From a virus (lineage: Duplodnaviria > Heunggongvirae > Uroviricota > Caudoviricetes): a stretch of 11,855 nt of DNA. A model generated the notes under the pieces. That model searched no databases. It worked only from the letters and a program-made list of their open reading frames with translations, and had not been told where the DNA came from. Location of the stretch: positions 1 through 11,855 of the IMG/VR virus record IMGVR_UViG_2541047119_000012, one strand, 5' to 3'. This document shows, in pieces, positions 1-6,210 of the stretch (position 1 is its first letter; each line of letters begins with the position of its first letter). The translations under genes were made by a program, and so were the position numbers.

Positions 1-1
1 C

Positions 2-319
2 CATCACAGTGATAAAGGTTCTCAGTATGTATCACTGGCCTATACGGAGCGACTAAAAGAAGCCGGATTACTGGCATCAACAGGGAGTACAGGCGACTCG
101 TATGACAACGCGATGGCTGAGAGCATCAATGGTCTTTACAAAGCGGAGGTAATACACCGTAAGAGCTGGAAAAACCGTGCAGAAGTGGAACTGGCCACAC
201 TAACGTGGGTGGACTGGTATAACAATCGACGATTGCTGGGAAGGCTGGGCCATACTCCTCCGGCAGAAGCAGAAAAAGCTTATTATGCTTCCATCGGAAA
301 CGATGATCTGGCAGCCTGA
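2..319 (+). mobile_element. IS3-family-like transposase (rve/DDE integrase fold), C-terminal part; 5' end lies outside the window
   Basis: Frame open from position 2 to the stop at 317-319. Translation ...HSDKGSQYVSLAYTERLKEAGLLASTGSTGDSYDNAMAESINGLYKAEVIH...LTWVDWYNNRRLLGRLGHTPPAEAEKAYY shows the DDE-transposase C-terminal signature. The right end of the IS is not resolvable by eye; a GC hairpin at about 349-371 may lie in the terminal region. Confidence 0.75.
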
Positions 320-720
320 GTTCACAGATAAAACACTCTCCAGGAAACCCGGGGCGGTTCAGCCGCCCGGATGGATTGGGTTATGAGCCCGTCGTCCGGT
401 GATGCTCTTCTCTGTTTTGTAAAAAGGACGGTACCAGCCGGAAGCAAGGGTACAAGCTGGTACCGCTAAGACTACACACAGCATAAAGTTGTGGTGCCGG
501 GTGCCTCCCGGTGCCTGGCGAAGGTTGCACACCAGGCGGGTGGGTATCCACAGAAGGTCGACTGTCAGCCTCAACCTTAACCCGCGTGCGCTGAGCCGCA
601 TTCACCACAACGCTAAGGATTCTCTCTGGTTGAAAATACTTAGCTGTTATGTGCCTGTCTTTTCACCACTTCAGGCTCGGTGGTATCCTTTTAAGCCCGT
701 ATACATAAAAGGAAAATCAA

Positions 721-966
721 ATGACTTTTGATGAAAAAGAACTTGATAATGCAATTAATAAAATCATCGTAACGTCGCTCTTTTCCTGTCTCAGCGACAC
801 TCAGCAAAAACAGTTCTACGAATCGGCTTTCAACATGATCGAGCGTTGTTGTTTCTGCGATGCCGACGAGTTACCTGAAAAAATCAGGAAACAGTTGGCT
901 GATGCTCTTCGAGTGCGACTTTCTGACCAATTTTCTGAAATGTACTCTCCGAATTTGGACAAATAG
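721..966 (+). CDS. hypothetical small protein (81 aa)
   Basis: ATG preceded by AAAAGGAAAA Shine-Dalgarno-like sequence at about 8 nt. No recognisable motif. Overlaps the 3' end of the convergent ORF 884..1180. Confidence 0.35.
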   Translation: MTFDEKELDNAINKIIVTSLFSCLSDTQQKQFYESAFNMIERCCFCDADELPEKIRKQLADALRVRLSDQFSEMYSPNLDK

Positions 967-1180
967 AAAAAGGCCATTTCCATTCAGGGTCTGATGGAAA
1001 GACTTCAGCCTGTTCTAAAGCACGGCGTAAAGAGAACACAACTCCAGCCATAATCTGATGTTTCCCATTGGTCCAGCTATCGCCGCTCTGATCTACAGGG
1101 GCGGCTATGTCGTATGACCAAACGACTTCACAGTTATTGTTTAAAATCTGGACTTTCATTTCATACACCTGCTTTAACAT
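884..1180 (-). CDS. hypothetical small protein (98 aa, or 91 aa from the second Met)
   Basis: Leftward ORF downstream of the OL-like operators, the position of the first leftward gene (N) in lambda. An AGGTG sits about 7 nt before the second in-frame ATG. Not arginine-rich and no motif recognised. Confidence 0.3.
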   Translation of the reverse strand: MLKQVYEMKVQILNNNCEVVWSYDIAAPVDQSGDSWTNGKHQIMAGVVFSLRRALEQAEVFPSDPEWKWPFSICPNSESTFQKIGQKVALEEHQPTVS

Positions 1181-1366
1181 GAGTGCCTAGTGGCACAACA
1201 TGACTCAACGAATCATCCTGGACTTCATATGCCCCAGGCGGCTACTTCGTGGGCGTCCTGCCTGTTCGTTTTTGACATTTACTGACTGCTTACGACACAT
1301 GCACCGTGTTGCAACCAGATTTTGTTGTAATCCTGTAGTTGGTCTGGAATAAAAGATAAAATTAAA

Positions 1367-1403
1367 TTGCGAGATATGCAAGTGGTATTTGCGAGATATG
1401 CAA
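1367..1403. promoter_or_regulatory. OL-like operator pair: two identical 15-bp sites TTGCGAGATATGCAA (1367-1381, 1389-1403)
   Basis: Exact direct repeat with TTGC-N7-GCAA symmetry, the same pattern as the site TTGCGTGATAAGCAA in the cI-cro intergenic region. On the minus strand a TTGCAT -35-like hexamer overlaps the sites. Confidence 0.45.
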
Positions 1404-1415
1404 ATTTATAGGTAA

Positions 1416-1437
1416 TAAAAAGCCACCTTTCGGTGGC
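1416..1437 (-). terminator. intrinsic terminator downstream of the repressor gene (minus strand)
   Basis: GCCACC-TTTC-GGTGGC hairpin (1422-1437). On the minus strand it is followed by a T-run (plus-strand AAAAA at 1417-1421), about 20 nt past the cI stop. Confidence 0.6.
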
Positions 1438-1457
1438 CGATGGATGGGATATTGAGG

Positions 1458-2150
1458 TTAATTATGTCTCTTAAGGGTTTGCGACTGACTGATTAAGACC
1501 TTTCCAAAGACCATGAATCGGTGTTCGTTTTCGCTAGTAATTCCCCATTCACGGTAAATCTGGTTATCAGAAATCACCAGCAGTTTGTCAGGAATCATTT
1601 GAAGTCTTTTAACGTATATTTTGTCATCAAAACCAAAGACATATATACCATCACCATCAAACTGATTGATGCTGACATCAACGAAGATGAGATCTCCTGG
1701 CTCAATGGTTGGACACATACTGTCCCCACGAACGTTGATAACTTTGATGTGATTGGCTGGTCGTCCGCCGAACATTGATACAGCATTATCAGTTCTGTAT
1801 TCGATGGCATGAATCACATCAATGACATCACCGCCCTGGATAAGGCCATTTCCCGCACTGGCACTGATATCCAGCATTTCAATACGGAACACATCCTTCA
1901 CCTGCGCAACATCCTCATTATTACTGTTTTTATATACAGTATTACTTTTGTGGGCAGAGGTAAAGAGATCAGCAATATCAACACCTAAGCTCTTGGCAAT
2001 ATTACTCAGTGTTTGTTCGGTAAATTGTTTTTGCTTACCCGTTTCTAAGCGCGAGATGTTCGCCGCATCTACTCCTATCGCTTCAGCGAGATCGGCGATT
2101 TTCATGTTCTTCGCTTGGCGAAGTTGTCTGACTCGGTTTCCTATGTTCAT
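1458..2150 (-). CDS. cI: CI-type prophage repressor: N-terminal XRE-family HTH, C-terminal S24 (LexA-like) self-cleaving peptidase domain
   Basis: N-terminus MNIGNRVRQLRQAKNMKIADLAEAIGVDAANISRLETG is an HTH_XRE. C-terminus has GDSMCPTIEPGDLIFVD (catalytic Ser) and a downstream VKRL Lys, the S24 Ser-Lys dyad; Ala-Gly in ...SASAGNG... is a candidate cleavage site. Divergent from the cro-like gene. No SD before the ATG, so the mRNA is probably leaderless. Confidence 0.9.
   Translation of the reverse strand: MNIGNRVRQLRQAKNMKIADLAEAIGVDAANISRLETGKQKQFTEQTLSNIAKSLGVDIADLFTSAHKSNTVYKNSNNEDVAQVKDVFRIEMLDISASAGNGLIQGGDVIDVIHAIEYRTDNAVSMFGGRPANHIKVINVRGDSMCPTIEPGDLIFVDVSINQFDGDGIYVFGFDDKIYVKRLQMIPDKLLVISDNQIYREWGITSENEHRFMVFGKVLISQSQTLKRHN
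1922..1941. promoter_or_regulatory. LexA (SOS) box-like palindrome TACTGTTTTTATATACAGTA inside the cI coding sequence
   Basis: CTGT-N8-ACAG with an all-A/T spacer and TA flanks, close to the E. coli LexA box consensus TACTGTATATATATACAGTA. My by-eye scan of CTGT occurrences found no other copy in the window. Confidence 0.45.
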
Positions 2151-2247
2151 GCGTTTATTACATTTCTTTATTGCGTGATAAGCAAATCAACTTGCGCAAA
2201 ATAATTGCGTGAAATAACATGCATAACGCGCAATATTTGGAGGGCGT
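2151..2247. promoter_or_regulatory. OR-like divergent promoter/operator region between cI and cro
   Basis: Operator-like sites TTGCGTGATAAGCAA (2171-2185), palindrome TTGCGCAA (2192-2199), TTGCGTGAAATAACA (2206-2220) and inverted ATTGCGCG (2227-2234). Rightward promoter candidate: -35 TTGCGC (2192-2197), 17-bp spacer, -10 TAACAT (2215-2220), then GGAGGG RBS before the cro ATG. Confidence 0.6.
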
Positions 2248-2508
2248 ATGCAATCACCATTACGAAATGTGCGTAAGGCGCATGGTTTCACTTTGCAGCA
2301 TGTTGCTGCGGGTGTTCAAGTCAATCCAGCGACGTTGAGTCGTATTGAGAGGCTGGAGCAGATTCCATCTATCGAGCTTGCAGAACGTTTAGCCAATTTT
2401 TTTAAGGGTGAAGTCAGCGAAATGCAGATTCTTTATCCGGCACGTTTTCAATCTAGCCAAAACCAGAATGGGTTTAAACCACAGGAACAGGAGGTGAACC
2501 GTGGGTAA
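2248..2508 (+). CDS. cro: Cro-like HTH transcriptional regulator (XRE family)
   Basis: Divergent from cI. GFTLQHVAAGVQVNPATLSRIER is an HTH. GGAGGG RBS. Its stop overlaps the GTG start of the next gene. Confidence 0.7.
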   Translation: MQSPLRNVRKAHGFTLQHVAAGVQVNPATLSRIERLEQIPSIELAERLANFFKGEVSEMQILYPARFQSSQNQNGFKPQEQEVNRG

Positions 2509-3052
2509 GCATCACTGGAAAGTAGAAAAACAGCCTGAGTGGTACGTGAAAGCTGTCAGAAAAACTATCGCAGCGTTGCCGGGGGGGTACGCTGAAGCTG
2601 CTGACTGGCTGGATGTAACAGAGAACGCATTATTTAACCGCCTTCGTGCCGATGGCGATCAGATTTTCCCGCTGGGATGGGCAATGATTTTGCAACGTGC
2701 TGGTGGAACTCACTTCATTGCTGACGCTGTGGCGCAGTCTGCAAATGGCGTCTTTGTGTCTCTTCCTGATGTCGAGGATGTGGACAACGCCGATATCAAC
2801 CAACGCCTGCTGGAGGTCATTGAACAGATCGGCAGTTATTCAAAACAGATTCGTTCAGCAATTGAAGACGGTGTAGTGGAACCGCATGAGAAGACAGCAA
2901 TTAACGACGAGCTGTACCTCTCAATTTCGAAGCTGCAGGAGCATGCAGCACTGGTCTACAAAATTTTTTGCATTTCAGAAAGTAATGACGCCCGCGAGTG
3001 TGCAGCTCCGGGCGCCGTGGCGTGTCGTGACTGTGGAGAAACTAACGCATGA
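2501..3052 (+). CDS. YdaT/CII-like prophage regulatory protein (183 aa)
   Basis: GTG start after GGAGG RBS, translationally coupled to cro. Sits in the cII position of the immunity module. Family assignment is from memory of YdaT/CP76-type proteins, not from a search. Confidence 0.5.
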   Translation: MGKHHWKVEKQPEWYVKAVRKTIAALPGGYAEAADWLDVTENALFNRLRADGDQIFPLGWAMILQRAGGTHFIADAVAQSANGVFVSLPDVEDVDNADINQRLLEVIEQIGSYSKQIRSAIEDGVVEPHEKTAINDELYLSISKLQEHAALVYKIFCISESNDARECAAPGAVACRDCGETNA

Positions 3053-3387
3053 ACAGTTTAACAACACACTACCGTCGCTCGCAACTGATTGCACTTCCTG
3101 TACCGGGTGGAAAAGCGAAGGTGGAGTATTGCTATGCAGTGAATGTACCAGGTGACAGGGAAATTGTAACCCACAGCTTTGCAGAGTGGGCTGTGGGTGA
3201 TTTCAACAGGCAAAAGGAGACAGTCCTTTGCGACAAGTTAACCGCTGGTTCAAAGATCACTACGGAGTGCCCGTCAGAGTCATTCGTTGGGAACCGGAAA
3301 CACAACGGGTTATCTACCTCCGCGAAGGCTATGAGCATGAGTGCTTCAGCCCGCTCGAACAGTTTCGTCGTAAATTCAGGGAAATAG
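3049..3387 (+). CDS. hypothetical protein; the ORF as drawn is probably chimeric (5' part plausible, 3' part doubtful)
   Basis: ATG overlaps the upstream stop (ATGA) with GGAG about 7 nt upstream, so the start is credible. The 3' half is Ser-rich and low-complexity with rarer codons, while another frame looks coding (see 3228..3407). Confidence 0.3.
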   Translation: MNSLTTHYRRSQLIALPVPGGKAKVEYCYAVNVPGDREIVTHSFAEWAVGDFNRQKETVLCDKLTAGSKITTECPSESFVGNRKHNGLSTSAKAMSMSASARSNSFVVNSGK

Positions 3388-3407
3388 AGGTCGGTCATGA
3401 GCACTAA
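3228..3407 (+). CDS. candidate small protein (59 aa) with TTG start, not in the ORF track
   Basis: AAAGGAGA at 3212-3219, 8 nt before TTG at 3228. Translation [59 protein letters not shown] is protein-like. Stop overlaps the start of the replication gene. May instead be the 3' part of a frameshifted gene begun at 3049. Confidence 0.3.
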   Translation: MRQVNRWFKDHYGVPVRVIRWEPETQRVIYLREGYEHECFSPLEQFRRKFREIEVGHEH

Positions 3408-4338
3408 ATTAACCGGCTATGTATGGGATGGTTGCGCTGCGTCAGGCATGAAGTTATCCAGCGTGGCAATTATGGCCCGCCTGGCTGATTTCAGTAATGA
3501 CGAAGGTGTGTGCTGGCCATCAATTGAAACCATTGCCCGCCAGATTGGCGCGGGGATGAGCACCGTCAGAACGGCTATCGCACGGCTGGAAGCAGAAGGC
3601 TGGTTAACGCGTAAGGCGCGTCGCCAGGGTAACCGCAATGCGTCGAATGTTTATCAGCTTAACGTTGCGAAGCTTCAGGCAGCGGCATTTTCTCAACTGT
3701 CAGATTCTGACCCGTCAAAATCTGACGCATCAAAATCTGACCCGTCAAAATTTGATGCGTCGAAATCTGGCAAAAAAGCGGGTTTTCACCCGTCAGAATC
3801 TGGCGGGGATCCGTCAGTAAAATCAAAACATGATCCGTCAGATAAAAAACCTTCTCGTCCGGACGCTTCGCAACCGGACACGCAGACGGATGAACAGGAT
3901 TTTTTAACTCGCCATCCTGATGCGGTTGTATTCAGCCCTAAAAAGCGCCAGTGGGGGACGCAGGATGATTTGACCTGTGCACAGTGGCTCTGGAAAAAAA
4001 TCATCGCCCTGTACGAGCATGCCGCCGAATGTGACGGCGAGGTGGTTCGTCCCAAAGAACCGAACTGGACAGCCTGGGCAAACGAAATTCGCCTGATGTG
4101 TGTGCAGGATGGTCGTACTCATAAACAAATCTGCGAGATGTACAGCCGCGTCAGTCGCGATCCGTTCTGGTGCCGTAACGTGCTCAGCCCGTCGAAGCTG
4201 CGGGAAAAATGGGATGAGCTTTCCCTGCGCTTATCGCCGTCCGTCAGCACGTACACCGAAAAACGCGAGGACCCGTACTTCAAAGCCAGTTACGACAACG
4301 TGGACTACAGCCAGATCCCGGCAGGATTCAGGGGGTGA
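3397..4338 (+). CDS. lambda O-like replication initiator (N-terminal winged-HTH) with an internal iteron array
   Basis: N-terminus ...VAIMARLADFSNDEGVCWPSIETIARQIGAGMSTVRTAIARLEAEGWL is a wHTH. The repeat region encodes SDPSKSDASKSDPSKFDASKS. Position follows the immunity module as O does in lambda. Confidence 0.55.
   Translation: MSTKLTGYVWDGCAASGMKLSSVAIMARLADFSNDEGVCWPSIETIARQIGAGMSTVRTAIARLEAEGWLTRKARRQGNRNASNVYQLNVAKLQAAAFSQLSDSDPSKSDASKSDPSKFDASKSGKKAGFHPSESGGDPSVKSKHDPSDKKPSRPDASQPDTQTDEQDFLTRHPDAVVFSPKKRQWGTQDDLTCAQWLWKKIIALYEHAAECDGEVVRPKEPNWTAWANEIRLMCVQDGRTHKQICEMYSRVSRDPFWCRNVLSPSKLREKWDELSLRLSPSVSTYTEKREDPYFKASYDNVDYSQIPAGFRG
3706..3845. repeat. iteron array (putative replication origin): four tandem 15-bp units (3706-3765) plus degenerate copies to about 3845, followed by an A-rich stretch
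   Basis: TCTGACCCGTCAAAA / TCTGACGCATCAAAA / TCTGACCCGTCAAAA / TTTGATGCGTCGAAA at exact 15-bp phase; 3724-3734 and 3751-3761 are reverse complements. Further CCGTCAGA-like copies at 3789, 3810, 3834, then AAAATCAAAACA...GATAAAAAACC. Confidence 0.6.
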
Positions 4339-4340
4339 GC

Positions 4341-4829
4341 ATGAGTCTTTTGAATGACGTTCAGAAATTCATTGAAGCCCATCCGGGCTGTACTTCCGGA
4401 GACATTGCGGATGCTTTTGCAGGTTACTCACGGCAGCGCGTTCTGCAGTCTGCAAGCAAGTTACGTCAGAGTGGGCGTGTGGCTCACCGTTGTGAAGGGG
4501 ATACACGCAGACATTTCCCGCGCCTGACTGAGAGAGCGCAGGAGCCGGAACCACAACCAGTTCGTGAAACCAGACCTGTGCGCAATTTCTATGTCGGCAC
4601 TAACGATCCCCGGGTGATTTTGTGCCTGACCCGCCAGGCTGAAGAACTGGAGTCCAGGGGCTTATACCGTCGTGCTGCAACGGTGTGGATGGCGGCATTC
4701 CGTGAAAGCCACTCCCAGCCAGAACGAAACAATTTTCTGGCGCGTCGTGAGCGGTGCTTACGGAAAAGCAGCAAGCGCGCTGTATCGGGTGAAGAGTGGT
4801 ATCTGTCAGGGAATTACGTGGGGGCTTAA
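4341..4829 (+). CDS. PerC-family-like transcriptional regulator (about 162 aa)
   Basis: ATG at 4341 after GGGGG RBS (an in-frame GTG at 4335 is also possible). Motif ...ELESRGLYRRAATVWMAAF... resembles the PerC/Pch signature as I recall it. Stop overlaps the next start (TAATG). Confidence 0.45.
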   Translation: MSLLNDVQKFIEAHPGCTSGDIADAFAGYSRQRVLQSASKLRQSGRVAHRCEGDTRRHFPRLTERAQEPEPQPVRETRPVRNFYVGTNDPRVILCLTRQAEELESRGLYRRAATVWMAAFRESHSQPERNNFLARRERCLRKSSKRAVSGEEWYLSGNYVGA

Positions 4830-5482
4830 TGAGTAATAAATATTGCCAGGCGCTGGTGGAGCTGCGGAACAAACCAGCCCATGAACTGAAGGAAGTGGGC
4901 GATCAGTGGCGCACGCCGGACAACATTTTCTGGGGAATTAACACCCTGTTTGGCCCGTTTGTTCTGGATCTGTTCACTGACGGTGATAACGCCAAATGTG
5001 CCGCTTATTACACTGCGGAAGACAACGCGCTGGCGCATGACTGGTCAGAACGTCTTGCGGAGCTTAAAGGTGCTGCCTTTGGTAATCCCCCATACAGCCG
5101 CGCCAGTCAGCATGAGGGGCAATACATCACCGGCATGCGTTACATCATGAAGCATGCCAGTGCCATGCGTGATAAAGGCGGGCGCTATGTTTTCCTGATC
5201 AAAGCTGCCACCAGCGAAGTGTGGTGGCCGGAAGATGCAGATCATATTGCTTTTATTCGCGGGCGTATTGGTTTTGAACTGCCTGCCTGGTTTATCCCGA
5301 AGGATGAGAAGCAGGTGCCGACAGGCGCTTTCTTCGCTGGTGCTATTGCTGTTTTCGACAAGACCTGGAAGGGACCGGCAATCAGCTACATCGGGCGCTA
5401 TGAACTTGAGGCATGTGGTGAGGCCTTTCTGGCGCAGGTTCGCCAGCAGGCAGAAAAACTGGTCAGGGAGATGGCGGCATGA
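4829..5482 (+). CDS. phage Dam-type DNA N6-adenine methyltransferase
   Basis: N-terminal WRTPDNIF motif and catalytic NPPY (...AAFGNPPYSRA...). ATG overlaps the upstream stop; the GTG at 4796 in the ORF track is less likely. Confidence 0.85.
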   Translation: MSNKYCQALVELRNKPAHELKEVGDQWRTPDNIFWGINTLFGPFVLDLFTDGDNAKCAAYYTAEDNALAHDWSERLAELKGAAFGNPPYSRASQHEGQYITGMRYIMKHASAMRDKGGRYVFLIKAATSEVWWPEDADHIAFIRGRIGFELPAWFIPKDEKQVPTGAFFAGAIAVFDKTWKGPAISYIGRYELEACGEAFLAQVRQQAEKLVREMAA

Positions 5483-5805
5483 CGACGTTAACTCAATGCC
5501 AGCAGCAGGTGCTGGATATGCTGATTTCTTATCAGAAAGAACGTGGCTTCCCGCCAACCAATCAGGAGGTGGCAACCATGCTGGGATACCGTTCAGTGAA
5601 TGCAGCGGTGGAGCATCTTCGCGCACTGGAGAAAAAAGGCGTCATCACGATAAAGCGTGGCGTGGCCCGGGGGATAACGCTTCATATCGCGGTGAAGGAC
5701 GACGACAGCGAGGCGGTCGGGATTATCCGCGCACTGCTTGCCGGTGAGGAAAACGCAAGGCTGCGTGCAACCCACTGGTTACATGAGAGGGACCTGAAAG
5801 TATGA
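5479..5805 (+). CDS. LexA N-terminal DNA-binding-domain protein with no S24 peptidase domain (108 aa)
   Basis: LTQCQQQVLDMLISYQKERGFPPTNQEVATMLGYRSVNAAVEHLRALEKKGVITIKRGVARGITL aligns by eye along its length with the E. coli LexA N-terminus (…LTARQQEVFDLI…[44 protein letters not shown]…). No Ala-Gly cleavage or Ser-Lys peptidase region follows. GGGAG RBS; ATGA overlap with the methyltransferase stop. Confidence 0.8.
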   Translation: MTTLTQCQQQVLDMLISYQKERGFPPTNQEVATMLGYRSVNAAVEHLRALEKKGVITIKRGVARGITLHIAVKDDDSEAVGIIRALLAGEENARLRATHWLHERDLKV

Positions 5806-6191
5806 AGCTGATCCTGCCTTTTCCGCCCAGCGTGAACACGTACTGGCGACACCCCAACAAAGGGGCGTTTGCTGGTAAGAGCCTGATAAGCGCGGCGGGG
5901 CGAAAATTCCAGAGCGCGGCGTGCGCAGCAATAGTTGAGCAGTTACGTCGTCTGCCGAAACCAACGTCGGCACCTGCTTCAGTGGAGATCGTGTTGTTTC
6001 CTCCGGATAACCGGATCCGCGATCTGGACAACTATAACAAGGCGCTGTTTGACGCCCTGACCCACGCGGGTGTGTGGGAAGACGACAGTCAGGTGAAAAG
6101 AATGCTGGTGGAGTGGGGACCGGTTATCCCGGAAGGGAAGGTCGAGATCACTATCAGTAAGTACGAGAAAACGGCGGGTGCAGCCGCCTGA
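5802..6191 (+). CDS. rusA: RusA Holliday-junction resolvase
   Basis: PFPPSVNTYWRH...DLDNYNKALFDALTHAGVWEDDSQV matches the RusA family conserved blocks. Start overlaps the upstream stop. Confidence 0.9.
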   Translation: MKLILPFPPSVNTYWRHPNKGAFAGKSLISAAGRKFQSAACAAIVEQLRRLPKPTSAPASVEIVLFPPDNRIRDLDNYNKALFDALTHAGVWEDDSQVKRMLVEWGPVIPEGKVEITISKYEKTAGAAA

Positions 6192-6210
6192 TTAAGAGGA
6201 GAAACGAAGT

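Noticed and set aside
320-720. Retron msr/msd or group II intron fragment in the structured GC-rich region
   Set aside because: No reverse transcriptase ORF is adjacent, and I could not find a domain V-like consensus or the flanking a1/a2 repeats at the expected spacing.
359-731. ORFs 359..601(-), 381..608(-) and 489..731(+) in the GC-rich stretch
   Set aside because: They overlap each other on both strands, have no RBS, and have Arg/Pro/Gly-rich translations typical of non-coding GC-rich DNA.
1521-2178. ORFs 1521..1778(+), 1595..1810(-) and 1822..2178(+) overlapping the repressor gene
   Set aside because: They are antisense or out-of-frame within a strongly supported CI-type repressor CDS, with low-complexity translations.
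2886-3155. ORF 2886..3155(+) as annotated from its ATG
   Set aside because: Its first two-thirds is out-of-frame inside the ydaT-like gene. Only the last about 100 nt (zinc-ribbon-like peptide) might be real, and I could not find a supported start.
3132-4357. ORFs 3132..3404(-), 3417..3638(-), 3638..3820(+), 3786..4055(-), 3904..4128(-) and 4100..4357(+)
   Set aside because: They are embedded in or antisense to the replication initiator gene. The 3638..3820 translation is simply the iteron array read out of frame.
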